Source of the DNA: Anaerolineae bacterium
GTDB lineage: Bacteria > Chloroflexota > Anaerolineae > JAADDB01
Assembly: GCA_026983525.1 (NCBI GenBank)
Contig: JALWHQ010000424.1
Span: 1 to 35,994 of the forward strand
Length of the DNA stretch: 35,994 bases
Direction of reading: 5' to 3'
Part shown: positions 26,233 through 33,333 of the stretch, piece by piece
Position numbering within the stretch: the stretch's first letter is position 1
Layout of the letters: each line of letters begins with the position of its first letter
Program-made: the position numbers and the translations under genes
The notes under the pieces: model-generated
Database searches by the model: none
Told to the model about the DNA's origin: nothing
Seen by the model: the letters and a program-made list of their open reading frames with translations, nothing else

Positions 26233-27120
26233 TCACCTCCCTTCCACAATGGCCTCATAAATTGCCTGCAGTTCTTCATCTGAATAGAAGTGAATGACGA
26301 TTTGTCCACCGCGCTTTCCCTTCCGCACTTCGACTTTGGTTCCTAACACATCGCGAAAGGCCCGCTCCACGGCCTGGAGTTCCGGGGGGAGGGAGGGCTT
26401 TTCCGGTGGCTTCCTCTCCGTCTTGTCCCCTTGCACGATGCGCCGCACCAGGGCTTCGGTCTCGCGCACGCTCAATCCCTTTTCGATAATGTGCTTTAGC
26501 ACACGACGTTGCATGTCGGGGTCGTCCAGCGCGAGGAGTGCCCGCCCGTGTCCCTCGCTGATTTTCCCCTCCAACAGCGCGGCCTGAGCCTCTGGGGGCA
26601 GGTTGAGCAGACGCAGGGTGTTGGTCACGGCCGCGCGGCTTTTGCCGACACGTTCGGCCACTTGCGCTTGCGTAAGACCAAAGCCATCGATCAGGCTCTT
26701 ATAGGCAGCCGCAGCTTCGAGGGGATTCAAATCCGTCCGCTGCACGTTTTCCACGAGGGCCCATTCTACCAGTTGCTGGCGCGTGGCGTCCTTGACGATG
26801 GCAGGGACGTGGGTGAGTCCGGCCATTTTGGCTGCACGCCATCGGCGCTCACCGGCGACGATATAATAGGGGACAGGGCTGGTGGGGTCGGCGCGGGCAA
26901 GGATGAGGGGCTGGAGAACACCGTGGACGCGAATGGATGCGGCCAGTTCGGCCAGGGCCTCCTCATCGAAACGACGGCGAGGCTGGTGGGGGTTAGGGGC
27001 AATTTGGTCGATAGGGATTTCTTCTGTGATGTCGTCCATCAAGCGCCGCGTCGTGCGCCGCTCCCCTTCTGTTAGAAGGGCTTCTAAGCCTTTCCCAAGG
27101 CCGCGTTTTTTCTGGGTCAT
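26233..27120 (-). CDS. parB: Chromosome partitioning protein ParB/Spo0J
   Basis: Motifs seen: IPIDQIAPNPHQPRRRFDEEALAELAASIRVHGVLQPL, the ParB box VAGERRWRAAKMAGL and the HTH segment TQAQVAERVGKSRAAVTNTLRLL. Confidence 0.92.
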   Translation of the reverse strand: MTQKKRGLGKGLEALLTEGERRTTRRLMDDITEEIPIDQIAPNPHQPRRRFDEEALAELAASIRVHGVLQPLILARADPTSPVPYYIVAGERRWRAAKMAGLTHVPAIVKDATRQQLVEWALVENVQRTDLNPLEAAAAYKSLIDGFGLTQAQVAERVGKSRAAVTNTLRLLNLPPEAQAALLEGKISEGHGRALLALDDPDMQRRVLKHIIEKGLSVRETEALVRRIVQGDKTERKPPEKPSLPPELQAVERAFRDVLGTKVEVRKGKRGGQIVIHFYSDEELQAIYEAIVEGR

Positions 27121-27220
27121 CGCGTGTCTCCGTGCCAGGATGGACGATAGACCATGGACGATGGATGGCCGTGGCCCATCGTCTATCTGTGTCCATGTAC
27201 ACTTACGTTTGTTCTCGCAT

Positions 27221-27982
27221 TTATTCTACCACAGGGGGGCGACGGGCAATGACAAAGGCACAGTTACCATCGCGCAAGCGCTGGCGGGCCTCCACGGCCA
27301 CAAGCAACCGGATCAAGGGCAAGAGAAGCAGGGTCCGCCCCACGCGATATCGGCTCCACTTCCACAGTTCCCAGGCCAGGGTGCCCCAGCGCCCGTGGGT
27401 GTACACCGTGCGTTCCACCCTCAAGCCCGCGCGCTGCATTTTCGCTTCCAACTCTCCTCGCCGGTATCCCTCGCGCGCGTGGAGCGGGTTCTTCAGGTGA
27501 TCCAGGTCGAAGCGGCGGAACCAGTGCACCTGGGGGGTAAGGGGCGTGTGCACGGCGAGCCAGCCACCCGGGCGCAGGGCCTGGGCCATGTGGGCCAGTG
27601 CCTTTTCGTCCTCTTCGATATGCTCGAGCACGTCGATGGAGTAGATGAGGTCGTAAGCATCGGGTGGCAGCGAAGCGGTCAAGTCACCCTCCACGAAGTG
27701 CAGGTTGTCCAGCCGCGAGCGCCGGGCCTCCGCCTCGGCACGGGCCACGACATCGGGGCGGTTGTCCAGCCCCGTCACTTGAAGGTGGGGAAACGCGCGC
27801 GCCAGGTAGAACGCGTGCTTCCCCGTACCACACCCTGCGTCGAGAACGGTCTTGGTCTCCGGGGTGATGAGGGGAACGACCAGGCGGAGGAACCAGCGAA
27901 ACCGGATGGCTTCCCCCACGTGGTAATCAAGACGGCGGGCCAGTTGCCAGTGCCATGTGCGCAGCGTTGTCATGGCCCCCAT
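27221..27982 (-). CDS. Class I SAM-dependent methyltransferase (Methyltransf_11/25-like; does not resemble RsmG)
   Basis: SAM motif I VLDAGCGTGKHAFYLA and the acidic loop LDNRPD are present, followed by DLIYSIDVLEHI. The start is taken at the ATG at 27982, behind a perfect AAGGAGG. The ORF-track start at 28126 would overlap parA by about 109 nt. Confidence 0.78.
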   Translation of the reverse strand: MGAMTTLRTWHWQLARRLDYHVGEAIRFRWFLRLVVPLITPETKTVLDAGCGTGKHAFYLARAFPHLQVTGLDNRPDVVARAEAEARRSRLDNLHFVEGDLTASLPPDAYDLIYSIDVLEHIEEDEKALAHMAQALRPGGWLAVHTPLTPQVHWFRRFDLDHLKNPLHAREGYRRGELEAKMQRAGLRVERTVYTHGRWGTLAWELWKWSRYRVGRTLLLLPLIRLLVAVEARQRLRDGNCAFVIARRPPVVE

Positions 27983-27991
27983 GGGTGCGTT

Positions 27992-28029
27992 AGCCTCCTT
28001 ATGCAGCCTGAGCCTCCTTATGCAGCCTG
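27992..28029. repeat. Perfect 19-bp tandem duplication at the parA stop / methyltransferase SD junction
   Basis: AGCCTCCTTATGCAGCCTG occurs at 27992-28010 and again at 28011-28029. On the minus strand each copy reads CAGGCTGCATAAGGAGGCT, which is a stop codon followed by an SD sequence. Confidence 0.9.
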
Positions 28030-28881
28030 CTCCGAACGGACGGCGACGGTTGTACGAGAGGAAACGGAGCCGCTTGCGCGGGAGGGTATCTCCTCGCGCG
28101 GGTAAGGCCACCCCAACCGTTGGCAAAATTCCTGGGCCAGGGCCCGGTACGCCTGCGCGCCACGCGAGTGGGGCGCATACCGCCGAATCACCTCTCCGAA
28201 ACTGGGCGCCTCGCCCAGTTGCACGTTGCGAGGAATCACGGTGTTGAACACGCGTTCTCCAAGGACATGCCGCACGTTCTCTTCAACTTGTTGGGAGAGT
28301 TTGGTGCGGGCGTCGTACATGGTGAGCACCACGCCGGCGATGTAGCAACGGGGGTTCAGTCGCTCCCGTACCAGGGAGATGGTCTCCCAAAGTCGGGTGA
28401 GACCTTCGAGGGCCAGGTATTCGGTCTGCACGGGGATGATAACCCCTGCGTTGACCGCGACCAGGGCGTTGATGGTTAGCAGCCCCAAACTGGGCGGGCT
28501 GTCGATCAAAATGATATCGTACCCCTCGAGCACGTCGGTCAGTGCATTGCGCAGGAGGTACTCCCGCCCTTCGACATCGACAAATTCCACCTCTACTCCG
28601 GCCAGGTCGGGGTGTCCTGGCACCACGTCGAGGTTGATCTCTTCTGTCAGGGCGATGGTGTCGGAGAGGGAGGCGCGACCAATGAACACATCGTACAGGG
28701 AGAGGGGGAGATCCAGGGCGGGGAGACCCAGGCTACTGGTGGCGTTGGCCTGGGGATCCGCGTCGACGACGAGTACCCGGTAACCGCCCGCGGCCAGGTA
28801 CGCGCCCAGGTTCACGGCCGTCGTTGTCTTGCCCACACCCCCTTTTTGATTTGCCAGAGCAAACACGTGAGCCGTACTCAT
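28018..28881 (-). CDS. parA: Chromosome partitioning ATPase ParA/Soj
   Basis: Motifs seen: VFALANQKGGVGKTTTAVNLGAYLA, VLVVDADPQANATS and IILIDSPPSLG. It lies in a parA...parB locus. The start overlaps the pfkB stop in an ATGA arrangement. Confidence 0.92.
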   Translation of the reverse strand: MSTAHVFALANQKGGVGKTTTAVNLGAYLAAGGYRVLVVDADPQANATSSLGLPALDLPLSLYDVFIGRASLSDTIALTEEINLDVVPGHPDLAGVEVEFVDVEGREYLLRNALTDVLEGYDIILIDSPPSLGLLTINALVAVNAGVIIPVQTEYLALEGLTRLWETISLVRERLNPRCYIAGVVLTMYDARTKLSQQVEENVRHVLGERVFNTVIPRNVQLGEAPSFGEVIRRYAPHSRGAQAYRALAQEFCQRLGWPYPREEIPSRASGSVSSRTTVAVRSEQAA

Positions 28882-29729
28882 AGCACGGGCGCCTCCACAG
28901 GAGACCAGGGATGCTCTGTTAGGTAGGCTTCCACTTGTTCGCGTGTGGGAATACCCTGTGGGCCAATGTCCTCAATGGCAAAGGAGGCGACGATGTTGGC
29001 GAAGTAGGCAGCCTGAAGAGGGTCGCCTGTCTCGTACAGGCGGATGAGCATGGCCGCGGTGAACACGTCGCCCGCGCCTGTGGGGTCCACTTCATTCGCC
29101 GGCCGCGGCGGGATGTGGGTGGCTATGCCGTTTTGGTAGACTACACTCCCGCGCGCGCTCAGCGTCACCACCACCAGGGGGAACAATTGGATGAGGTGGC
29201 GATGCACCTCTGGGTCGCCGCCAAAATCCTCTTCGCTGAAGACCAGCAAGTCGGTGTACGGCGCGATGGTCTCGGCTTCCTCCCAATCCCGGGGAAGCAC
29301 GCGGCCCGTCTCATCCCAGCGCCTCCCAAATCCCTGGGGGACGGCACCCAGGAGGGAATGGGCAAACCGTTCGGCGAAGGCGGGGTCGATCTCCGCCGCG
29401 ACGGCGCCCAACAGGACGATGGGCGCGTTCTCCCACTCTGTGGGAAGCGCACCCGCAGGAATAGGGTCGGCCACGGCATCCACGTATTGAATGCGGTGGC
29501 CCTGGTTGTATATGTTGCGGAAGATGGTGGTTACTTGGGAGGGAAGGCGGTGCACAATGACGCCGGGCAAAGCCTCATCGAACGGGTAGTTCTCTGCTGC
29601 TCGTGTGAGGATGCCCGGATTGTAGCCCAGGCGTTTGGCCGTCAGCGCGGCAAAGGTAACCGTGCCACCGGGCGTATAGGTTCCATCGCGTTTGTCGAGG
29701 GTAACGTGGCCGATAGCGAGAAAGTTCAT
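28878..29729 (-). CDS. PfkB-family (ribokinase-like) carbohydrate kinase
   Basis: The N-terminus is MNFLAIGHVTLDK and the C-terminal motif is DPTGAGDVFTAAML. The start is taken at the ATG at 29729. Substrate is unknown. Confidence 0.78.
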   Translation of the reverse strand: MNFLAIGHVTLDKRDGTYTPGGTVTFAALTAKRLGYNPGILTRAAENYPFDEALPGVIVHRLPSQVTTIFRNIYNQGHRIQYVDAVADPIPAGALPTEWENAPIVLLGAVAAEIDPAFAERFAHSLLGAVPQGFGRRWDETGRVLPRDWEEAETIAPYTDLLVFSEEDFGGDPEVHRHLIQLFPLVVVTLSARGSVVYQNGIATHIPPRPANEVDPTGAGDVFTAAMLIRLYETGDPLQAAYFANIVASFAIEDIGPQGIPTREQVEAYLTEHPWSPVEAPVL

Positions 29730-29940
29730 GTATTGGATTCCCCACTTTCCGCAGAGTATCAGGACGTTTGGCATTTTAGCATAGGGCCCAGAAGGGGGGA
29801 AACCGTGTCCGACCACGTGTGTCTTGTGCCGCGTCTGTCAGCCACTTGTCCGATTTTTGAGAGGGTACAATCCTACGAGGTGCTTATAATGGGGAAGGGG
29901 CGGTAAGAGGTGTTCATTCCTTTATCATGGAAGGTGGGTC

Positions 29941-30831
29941 ATGGTGTACGCGCTTCATGTCACGAATCTGCACAAGTCGTACGCGACCGTTCACGCGGTA
30001 AACGGGGTGAGTTTTGAAGTCGAGCGTGGGGAGATCTTTGGCTTGCTGGGGCCCAACGGCGCGGGCAAGACGACGACTATCCGCATCATCATGGATATCC
30101 TCAAGCCCGACGCGGGCGAGGTGAGGGTGCTGAACACGACGCCGGAGAAGGCTCGCGCACGCGTGGGCTATCTCCCCGAGGAGCGCGGCCTTTACCCCAA
30201 CCAGCGCGTCCTCGACGTGCTCGTCTACCTGGCCGAACTCAAGGGGCGGCCGCGACGCTGGGCCAGGCAACGGGCTGAGGAACTACTCGCCCGTGTGGAA
30301 CTGTCGGAATGGGCCAAGGCCAAGGTGCGCGAACTCAGTCGCGGCATGCAGCAGAAAGTCCAATTCATCGCCAGCATCATTCACGACCCCGACCTGTGCA
30401 TTTTCGACGAACCCTTCCAGGGCCTCGATCCGGTCAATGTGCAATTGGTGAAGGCCATCATGCGCGAGTTGCAGGCCCAGGGCAAGACCATCGTCCTCAG
30501 CACGCACCAGATGAACCAGGTGGAAGCGCTGTGCAACCGTATCGCGCTCATCAACCAGGGCCGCCTGGTGCTTTACGGCGACCTGGTCCAGATCAAACAC
30601 GATTACTCCCCGAACATCGTTACCGTGAAGGCCGCGACCCCGCTTCCCAGCCTGGAGGGCGTCGTTCGCGTCCGCAGCCGTGACAGCCACCACGTGCTGG
30701 AACTGGCGTCCGGCGTTTCCCCCCAGTCGGTGTTGGAGCAATTGGTGGCCGCTCATGTACCCGTCCAGTCCTTTGCGGTAGAGACCCTGCCCCTGGAAGA
30801 CATCTTCGTGCGCGTGGTGAAGGGGACGTGA
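29941..30831 (+). CDS. ABC transporter ATP-binding protein (ABC-2/DrrA-like)
   Basis: Walker A GLLGPNGAGKTTT, signature LSRGMQQKV, Walker B CIFDEPFQGLD and H-loop STHQ are all present. Confidence 0.9.
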   Translation: MVYALHVTNLHKSYATVHAVNGVSFEVERGEIFGLLGPNGAGKTTTIRIIMDILKPDAGEVRVLNTTPEKARARVGYLPEERGLYPNQRVLDVLVYLAELKGRPRRWARQRAEELLARVELSEWAKAKVRELSRGMQQKVQFIASIIHDPDLCIFDEPFQGLDPVNVQLVKAIMRELQAQGKTIVLSTHQMNQVEALCNRIALINQGRLVLYGDLVQIKHDYSPNIVTVKAATPLPSLEGVVRVRSRDSHHVLELASGVSPQSVLEQLVAAHVPVQSFAVETLPLEDIFVRVVKGT

Positions 30832-30903
30832 ACCATGCCAAGGGCCTGAAGACCTCCAGGGTTTGCCGGCCCTCGGAGATATTCATTGAAGAGGAGGACG
30901 TCC

Positions 30904-32136
30904 GTGAACTGGATGAAAATCTGGGCTATTATCCGACATGAGTACGTTACCAACATCCGCCGCACGGGGTTCATTGTGATGACGTTGATTGTGCCCGCGG
31001 TGGGCCTGTTGTCCTTGGGCCTCAGTGCGTTTGTGGGAAAATCCACGGTCGCCGTGCTGGATCGCCTGTTCGGCCCCTCGTCTCAAACCATCGCGGTGGT
31101 GGACGAATCGGGGTACTTCCAGCCCATCCTGCCCGATTTTCGGGAGAGGTTTGTGCTCTATCCCGACCGGGCGGCCGCGCGCGCGGCCGTTGACGAGGGC
31201 GACGTCAGCGCCGCTCTCTTCATTCCAGGCGACTACGTGCAAACGGGGAAGGTGTACGTCTACTCTACCGGGGGGGATATAGCCCTCACCACCCTGAGTG
31301 AATCGGAGTCCGTGCGCAGTTTCTTCATTGCCCACCTGGCCCGCAACTACGTGCCCGATGATATTCTTGTCCGCCTGAGTGACCCGGTGTCCCACTTCGT
31401 CCCTGTAGAGGAACAGGGGCCTGCCCCGGGTCCTTTGGGCTTTGTGTTCACATTCCTCATCCCTTATTTCTTCGCCATCCTGCTCATCATCAGCGTCTTC
31501 ATCAGTTCGGGCTATTTGCTGCAAGGGATTGCTGAGGAGAAGGAGAACCGTCTCGTCGAATTGGTACTTTCCTCGGTTTCTCCCCTGGAGTGGTTCGTGG
31601 GCAAGGTCATTGGCCTGGGCGCGGTAGGGTTGACACAATTGCTCATCTGGGTGATCAGCGTTGGGGCCATTTCCGGTGGTGCGGTGGTTCTGGTGGCCAT
31701 GAGCATCCCCTCTCTGCCCGTGCACAAATTGCTCATCCTGCCGGTTTTCTACCTCCTGGGATATGTGCTCTACGCGGTGCTCTACGCGGGCCTGGGCGCG
31801 CTTGGCACCAACCACCGTGAGTCGCAACAGGTAGCCGGGATCATTTCTTTCATTGCCGCGGTGCCCTTCATGGTGTCTGGTGTGCTCTTCACCAATCCTA
31901 ACTCGCCCATCATCCGCGCGCTCACCTTCTTCCCCCTCACCGCGGCCAGCATGATCATGCTCCGCCTCCCCATGTCCGACGTGCCCACGACGGACATGGG
32001 CATCAGTCTCATCAGCCTGGTAGTGAGCATTCCCCTCGCTGCCTGGCTGGGGGCCAAACTCTTCCGTATGGGCATCCTCATGTACGGCAAGCGCCCCAGT
32101 TTCAAGGAAGTGTGGGCCGCGCTGCGGGCGGCGTAG
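30904..32136 (+). CDS. ABC-2 family transporter permease
   Basis: An N-terminal TM helix is followed by a soluble loop of about 150 aa and then five hydrophobic helices. It lies directly downstream of the ATPase gene. The GTG at 30904 is 5 nt after AGGAGGA. The TTG at 30886 and the ATG at 30913 are alternatives. Confidence 0.75.
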   Translation: MNWMKIWAIIRHEYVTNIRRTGFIVMTLIVPAVGLLSLGLSAFVGKSTVAVLDRLFGPSSQTIAVVDESGYFQPILPDFRERFVLYPDRAAARAAVDEGDVSAALFIPGDYVQTGKVYVYSTGGDIALTTLSESESVRSFFIAHLARNYVPDDILVRLSDPVSHFVPVEEQGPAPGPLGFVFTFLIPYFFAILLIISVFISSGYLLQGIAEEKENRLVELVLSSVSPLEWFVGKVIGLGAVGLTQLLIWVISVGAISGGAVVLVAMSIPSLPVHKLLILPVFYLLGYVLYAVLYAGLGALGTNHRESQQVAGIISFIAAVPFMVSGVLFTNPNSPIIRALTFFPLTAASMIMLRLPMSDVPTTDMGISLISLVVSIPLAAWLGAKLFRMGILMYGKRPSFKEVWAALRAA

Positions 32137-32180
32137 CCAACGTCGAGACAGGACTCACCATCTACGAGGAGGAGGAGTAT

Positions 32181-32245
32181 AATACCTAATACCCGATACC
32201 CAGTACCCGATATCGAGGTCAGGTATCAGGTATCGGGTATCGGGG
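32181..32245. repeat. Heptamer-array hairpin element E1 (unit RATACCC / GGGTATY)
   Basis: The sequence reads AATACCT AATACCC GATACCC AGTACCC GATATCG aggtc AGGTATC AGGTATC GGGTATC GGGG. Positions 32192-32244 fold into a stem of about 23 bp with 2 mismatches and a 7-nt loop. It lies between the ABC permease gene and prs. Confidence 0.85.
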
Positions 32246-32283
32246 CCTGAACATTTCTTGCCTTTCACCTTGGAGGCCCTGCC

Positions 32284-33237
32284 GTGATGTACGGAGAACT
32301 CGCCCTGTTTTCAGGCACCGCAAACCGACCGCTGGCCGAAGCCGTTGCCGACTACCTGGGTATCGAACTCAGCGAGGCGGATGTGTTCCAGTTCCCCAAC
32401 ACGAACACGTTCTGTCGCCTGCGCCAGAGTGTGCGGGGCAAGGACGTGTTCATCATTCAGCCTACGTCGCCCCCCACCAACGACAACCTGATGGAGTTGC
32501 TGGTCTTCCTGGACACGGTGCGTCGCGATTCGGCCGCGCGCGTGACCGCAGTGGTGCCCTATTACGGCTACGGGCGCACGGACAAAAAGGACCAGCCGCG
32601 CGTGCCCATCACGGGCCGCCTGGTGGCCGACCTGATCACCGTCGCGGGCGCGGATCGCTTCCTCTCCTTCGACCTGCACGCGGGCCAGATTCAGGGTTTC
32701 TTCACCATTCCCGTGGACGAACTCAGCGCCGTGCCCATCATCCTCGACTATATCGAGCAGCAAGCCTGGCCCAACCTGGTCGTCGTGGCGCCGGACATCG
32801 GCGCGGTGCGCCGCAGCCGCAACTTCGCCGAGCGCCTCCATGTGCCCCTGGCGATCATTGAGAAGCGCCGCGCCCTGAGCGGGGAGAGCACCCACATCTA
32901 CAATTTGATCGGGGATGTCAAAGGCGCGGTTGCCCTATTAGTGGACGATGAAATCGACACCGCGGGCACTATCGTCAATGCCGCAGAATTTGTCATGGAA
33001 CAGGGGGCCAAAGAGGTCATCGCCTGCGCCACCCATCCCATCTTTTCCCCGCCCGCGCCCGAGCGCCTGGAGGCCAGTTGCCTTTCCCAGATCATCGTCA
33101 CCAACACCGTCCACGTAAAGGAACACGTGCGCGAAATGCTGGGCGAGCGCCTTGTCGTCCTCAATGTAGGCGACCTGTTGGGCGAGGTCATCCGCCGCAT
33201 TCACGTGGGCGTTTCCGTCGGCGCACTATTCGAATAG
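32284..33237 (+). CDS. prs: Ribose-phosphate pyrophosphokinase (PRPP synthetase)
   Basis: Motifs seen: LFSGTANRPLAEAVADYLG, VPYYGYGRTDKK, FDLHAGQIQGFF and the PRPP-binding loop LLVDDEIDTAGT. GGAGG lies at 32271-32275, upstream of the GTG at 32284 and the ATG at 32287. Confidence 0.92.
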   Translation: MMYGELALFSGTANRPLAEAVADYLGIELSEADVFQFPNTNTFCRLRQSVRGKDVFIIQPTSPPTNDNLMELLVFLDTVRRDSAARVTAVVPYYGYGRTDKKDQPRVPITGRLVADLITVAGADRFLSFDLHAGQIQGFFTIPVDELSAVPIILDYIEQQAWPNLVVVAPDIGAVRRSRNFAERLHVPLAIIEKRRALSGESTHIYNLIGDVKGAVALLVDDEIDTAGTIVNAAEFVMEQGAKEVIACATHPIFSPPAPERLEASCLSQIIVTNTVHVKEHVREMLGERLVVLNVGDLLGEVIRRIHVGVSVGALFE

Positions 33238-33251
33238 AGTGCAAATTGCAC

Positions 33252-33320
33252 AGTCCAAAGTGAAAAGGGAAGGCTCCTCCACATTTTCACTTTGGACTTT
33301 TCACTTTTCACTTTTTTCAC
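33252..33320. repeat. Heptamer-array hairpin element E2 (unit AGTGAAA / TTTCACT); possible prs terminator
   Basis: A perfect 15-bp stem pairs AGTCCAAAGTGAAAA (33252-33266) with TTTTCACTTTGGACT (33284-33298), with a 17-nt loop. Further TTTCACT units and a T-rich tail extend to 33320. Confidence 0.85.
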
Positions 33321-33333
33321 GTTGAGGTGCCCA

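Noticed and set aside
26882-29906. Long plus-strand ORFs (26882-28105, 28120-28479, 28935-29906) opposite the parB, methyltransferase, parA and pfkB genes
   Set aside because: All four minus-strand genes have diagnostic motifs and coupled starts. The plus-strand frames are low-complexity Arg/Gly/His-rich shadows.
33300-33326. parS-like half-site (TTTTTCACGTTGAGGT), and GTGAAA/TTTCAC arms of E2/E3 resembling parS half-sites
   Set aside because: Only about 10 of 16 positions match TGTTTCACGTGAAACA. The arm order (GTGAAA...TTTCAC with a long spacer) is the reverse of parS. The resemblance follows from the heptamer unit, not from a 16-bp palindrome.
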